Below, in pieces: positions 61,117-64,000 of a stretch of 64,000 bases of DNA. The position numbers and the translations under genes are program-made. The stretch is from Candidatus Nomurabacteria bacterium (GTDB taxonomy: Bacteria > Patescibacteriota > Patescibacteriia > Magasanikbacterales > UBA922), in assembly GCA_020632445.1 (NCBI GenBank), contig JACKFN010000003.1:81118-145117 (forward strand). Direction: 5' to 3'. The notes under the pieces were generated by a model, which did no database searches, was not told the DNA's origin, and saw nothing but the letters and a program-made list of their open reading frames with translations. Numbering within the stretch: position 1 is the first letter of the stretch; each line of letters begins with the position of its first letter.

Positions 61117-62196
61117 TTGTTTCCTATGAGTGATTATCTCGGATTCGGAATATTTGCCTTTACACTTTCCTTTTTTTGCACTTTCTGCACGATTTGGATC
61201 ATGCAAAAATTCCAGATTGTCGACAAACCAAAGACAGACGAACGCAAAAGACACAAAAAAACAACTCCGCTTGGAGGTGGAATTGCGATATTTGTGTCTT
61301 TTTTTGTGATGATGCTGCTGGCCACAAAGGATGGGTTTTTGGGACAGGAGATTGGGATACGGAGCATGTGGGGGATGTTTCTTGGGGGCTGTATCTTGAT
61401 GCTTGGGGGTATAGTTGATGACAAGTACAACCTACCAGCAAAGTACCAAATCATAGCACCCATTTTTGCGGCTCTTACCATTTTGTGGTTTGGAATTGGT
61501 CCACATCAAATTACCAATCCCTGGGGGGGAGTTGTCGATCTATCTGGAATAACGATATCAGTGGGTGCCCTTGGTAACATTGTTTTATTTGCTGACATCT
61601 TGGTATTTGCCTGGCTCATGGGGATGATGTTTACGACCAAGTTTCTTGATGGGCTGGATGGATTGGTCTCAGGGGTGGTTATCATTGGAGCCGGAGTACT
61701 TTTTTTTCTTTCGCGTCAGCCAGAGTGGTACCAAAGTGAAATGGCCATGATTTCTATTATTTTTGCTGGTGCGGTTCTTGGATTCCTAGTATTTAATTTT
61801 CATCCAGCAAAGATATTCCTTGGAGAAGGGGGGAGCCTCTTTTTGGGGTTTGTGCTTGGGTGTCTGGCAATTCTTTCCGGAGGGAAAATCGCTACCACTC
61901 TCCTGGTGGTTGGTGTTCCAGCCCTTGATGTACTTCGTGTGATCATCAGGCGGTTTCAAAAGCAGAAGTCCATCTTTGTGGGGGATAGAGAACATCTGCA
62001 TTATTTGCTGGTGGATATGGGGTTTGGGCATCGTCAGACCGTGTACTTGCTCTACGGGATATCGCTTCTTTTGGGAATGAGCGCACTTTTTCTGCAGTCT
62101 CGCCAGAAGCTTTTGGCATTGGTGCTCATATTTGTACTTATGCTCCTGATTGGGGTGTGGTTTTCCGCTAAAGATAAAGAAAAAACAAATCTCTAG
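61117..62196 (+). CDS. WecA/TagO-type polyprenyl-phosphate N-acetylhexosamine-1-phosphate transferase (MraY/WecA GT4 family)
   Basis: DKPKTDERKRHKKTTPLGGG; FLDGLDGLVSG; C-terminal VLDVLRVIIRRF...GDREHLHYLL resembles WecA rather than MraY. Confidence 0.65.
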   Translation: MFPMSDYLGFGIFAFTLSFFCTFCTIWIMQKFQIVDKPKTDERKRHKKTTPLGGGIAIFVSFFVMMLLATKDGFLGQEIGIRSMWGMFLGGCILMLGGIVDDKYNLPAKYQIIAPIFAALTILWFGIGPHQITNPWGGVVDLSGITISVGALGNIVLFADILVFAWLMGMMFTTKFLDGLDGLVSGVVIIGAGVLFFLSRQPEWYQSEMAMISIIFAGAVLGFLVFNFHPAKIFLGEGGSLFLGFVLGCLAILSGGKIATTLLVVGVPALDVLRVIIRRFQKQKSIFVGDREHLHYLLVDMGFGHRQTVYLLYGISLLLGMSALFLQSRQKLLALVLIFVLMLLIGVWFSAKDKEKTNL

Positions 62197-62203
62197 GGGA
62201 GAC

Positions 62204-62232
62204 TTGACAGAAATAGGGTATTGGTGTATAAT
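62204..62232 (+). promoter_or_regulatory. Perfect-consensus sigma70 promoter TTGACA-17 bp-TATAAT upstream of rplU (about 80-nt leader)
   Basis: Read directly in the sequence. Confidence 0.55.
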
Positions 62233-62312
62233 ATCGCCACTTAAGTAACATCCATGGGGTTTGCAAAGCCTTTCCAAGAAGGGCTACCGTATGGATATAA
62301 AATGACACCGCT

Positions 62313-62627
62313 ATGCTCGCAGTTATTGAAACTGGGGGAAAGCAGTACATCGTCAAAGACGGTCAAGCACTCAAGATCGAAAAGCTTGAGGCAGCCGAAG
62401 GTGACAAGATCACCTTTGACAAGGTACTTCTCCTCGCAGCAGAAGATGGAAGTGACGTTCAAATCGGAACTCCATATCTCGACGGTGTGACTATTGATGC
62501 CCAAGTAGAAATGCAAGGGCGCAGCAAAAAGGTTCGCGTGGTAAAGTACAAGCGAAAAGTACGTTACAAGAGAACCCGTGGTCACCGTCAACACTTTACT
62601 AAGGTAAAGGTAGAAAAAGTAAAGTAG
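62313..62627 (+). CDS. rplU: 50S ribosomal protein L21
   Basis: MLAVIETGGKQYIVKDGQ... Confidence 0.85.
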   Translation: MLAVIETGGKQYIVKDGQALKIEKLEAAEGDKITFDKVLLLAAEDGSDVQIGTPYLDGVTIDAQVEMQGRSKKVRVVKYKRKVRYKRTRGHRQHFTKVKVEKVK

Positions 62628-62654
62628 ATACTTTACACAGCAAAAAAATGAGTA

Positions 62655-62692
62655 AAAACCTCGTAGCTTATCACTACGAGGTTTTGTTTTTT
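62655..62692. terminator. Bidirectional terminator CCTCGTAG-cttatca-CTACGAGG followed by TTTTGTTTTTT
   Basis: Read directly, between convergent rplU and recR. Confidence 0.6.
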
Positions 62693-62705
62693 GATGTGTG
62701 TAACA

Positions 62706-63299
62706 CTATCTTCTATTTTCAAGTGCACTTGAGAGGGTAACCTCATCGGCATATTGCAGATCAGAACCCATCGGAAGTCCACGCGCAAGTCGTGTGACTT
62801 TGAGTTCGGGTTTTAACTTTTTAATCTTGTTTTGCAAAAACATCATGGTCAGTTCTCCTTGCATGTTGTGATTGAGCGCAAGCAGAACTTCTTCAAAATT
62901 CTCAGATTCAATGCGTTTCAAGAGCTCTGGGATTTTGGTGAAGCGTAAACTTTCGGGGTCTTCTGAGCGGATGTTCCCACGAATGATGTGGTACAAACCA
63001 CCAAAAGATTTGGTGACTTCTATAGCCTCAAAGTCTTGCGGCTCACTGACCACACACAAGAGTTTGGGATTTCTTTTTTCATCACGGCAAATGGGACAAG
63101 GAGAAACTTCGGTGAAGTTCCAGCACATCTCACAGCTTTTGACATTTTCGATGAGTTTTTTGAGAGCAACCGTCAGTTCTCCAGCATCGCGTTTTCCAGA
63201 TTTAAGTAGGTGAAAAACGAACCTTTCTGCGGTTCGTTTTCCTACTGTCGGCAGTTTTGAAAACGCCTCGATAAGTTGCGCAATAGCTGGAGAGTACAT
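62706..63299 (-). CDS. recR: Recombination protein RecR
   Basis: N-terminal HhH region; C4 zinc finger CEMCWNFTEVSPCPIC; Toprim. Confidence 0.85.
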   Translation of the reverse strand: MYSPAIAQLIEAFSKLPTVGKRTAERFVFHLLKSGKRDAGELTVALKKLIENVKSCEMCWNFTEVSPCPICRDEKRNPKLLCVVSEPQDFEAIEVTKSFGGLYHIIRGNIRSEDPESLRFTKIPELLKRIESENFEEVLLALNHNMQGELTMMFLQNKIKKLKPELKVTRLARGLPMGSDLQYADEVTLSSALENRR

Positions 63300-63305
63300 G
63301 AAAGT

Positions 63306-63608
63306 TTAGCTAAGTCCTGGAATATTTGGAAGCCCACCCATTTCCTTCATCTTCATTGCCATAACGCGTTGCATTTGCTTGATGGCATCTTTGTGAGCAT
63401 CTTTGATAGCTTCTTGGAGCTTGTCTTTTTTGGAAGCATCCAGGAGCTCATCATCGATAGCAATACCGGTCATCTGGAGATTTCCATTCATGGTCATGGT
63501 AACCTTTCCTCCTGCCGCTGAGGCCGTGATAGATTCTTTCTCGAGCTCATTTTGCATGGATTTTGCTTGATCTCGCAGGTCTTTGAACTGTTTGAGTTTG
63601 TTTAGCAT
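63306..63608 (-). CDS. ybaB: Nucleoid-associated protein YbaB/EbfC
   Basis: 100 aa, MLNKLKQFKDLRDQAKSMQNELE..., conserved position upstream of recR. Confidence 0.8.
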   Translation of the reverse strand: MLNKLKQFKDLRDQAKSMQNELEKESITASAAGGKVTMTMNGNLQMTGIAIDDELLDASKKDKLQEAIKDAHKDAIKQMQRVMAMKMKEMGGLPNIPGLS

Positions 63609-63625
63609 AGTGTAGAGATTAGTAA

Positions 63626-64000
63626 TTAAAATTGTGGTGTAGCCGTAACCTCACTTGGAGGTGGTGGCGTCGCACCCATGTGTTTGACATCCAGATCCTT
63701 GTAGCTTGCAGTGTCGGTATCAAAGAAGACTTTAACGACACCCGTAGGACCGTTTCTGTGCTTAGCAACATGGATTTCACCAATATTTCGCTCATCTGGG
63801 GGAATATCTTCAAGACGGTAGTTTCGATCGGCCGCCTTACGATAGATAAACATGACCACATCAGCATCCTGCTCAATACTACCAGATTCACGTAAATGTG
63901 ACAACTTTGGGACCGCTGGCTTTGTTTGCTCTACAGCACGTGAGAGCTGTGAGAGACAAATGATTGGGATGTTGAGGTCTTTGGCAATGAGCTTGAGCTG
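63626..64000 (-). CDS. dnaB: Replicative DNA helicase DnaB, C-terminal part only (gene continues past the window end)
   Basis: LRESGSIEQDADVVMFIYR...AKHRNGPTG; the frame stays open to base 64000. Confidence 0.7.
   Translation of the reverse strand, partial: QLKLIAKDLNIPIICLSQLSRAVEQTKPAVPKLSHLRESGSIEQDADVVMFIYRKAADRNYRLEDIPPDERNIGEIHVAKHRNGPTGVVKVFFDTDTASYKDLDVKHMGATPPPPSEVTATPQF

Overview
This ~64 kb window comes from a low-GC (roughly 40% GC) bacterial chromosome that uses the standard bacterial code: TGA is a stop at the overlapping rsmH/ftsL and glycosyltransferase ATGA junctions. I read three sectors. (1) Bases 1-17 kb look like an integrated mobile element sitting against a tRNA-Trp gene. 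It carries a large serine recombinase whose 3' end overlaps the tRNA 3' end, a CHC2-zinc-finger/TOPRIM primase with a P-loop, an excisionase-type HTH protein, a complete Type III restriction-modification pair (mod then res), an APH-family phosphotransferase, a DUF2779-like protein and several unknown proteins. It also has an iteron-like repeat array and a start-codon motif shared by several of its genes. An rpmG (L33) gene that is missing from the ORF track lies immediately beyond the tRNA. (2) Bases 17.4-50.3 kb form a very large, mostly co-directional surface-glycan biosynthesis locus. It contains many GT4 glycosyltransferases, a GT2, an O-antigen-ligase-like protein, a Wzx flippase, a WbaP-like initiating transferase, nucleotide-sugar dehydrogenase/epimerase/decarboxylases, a deacetylase and methyltransferases. 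A complete PAPS pathway (CysD, fused CysN/CysC, CysQ) and sulfotransferases, one intact and one pseudogenised, are embedded in it, so the locus most likely makes a sulfated glycan. A ~3.3 kb, ~70% GC island is inserted into this locus between a near-consensus promoter and the flippase gene. It encodes one 1006-aa lipoprotein built from cysteine-rich 'C-x-D-x-D-C-D-G' repeats and a C-terminal FGE-sulfatase-type domain. This island is the most striking feature of the window and looks like horizontal acquisition from a high-GC donor. (3) Bases 50.4-64 kb are housekeeping genes: PilT, PBP2/FtsI, MurF, MraZ-RsmH-FtsL, an unusual membrane-anchored Clp ATPase with a degenerate first ATPase domain, a WecA-like transferase, rplU, recR, ybaB and a partial dnaB. 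A second small higher-GC patch sits in this sector. I found no CRISPR array and no rRNA.
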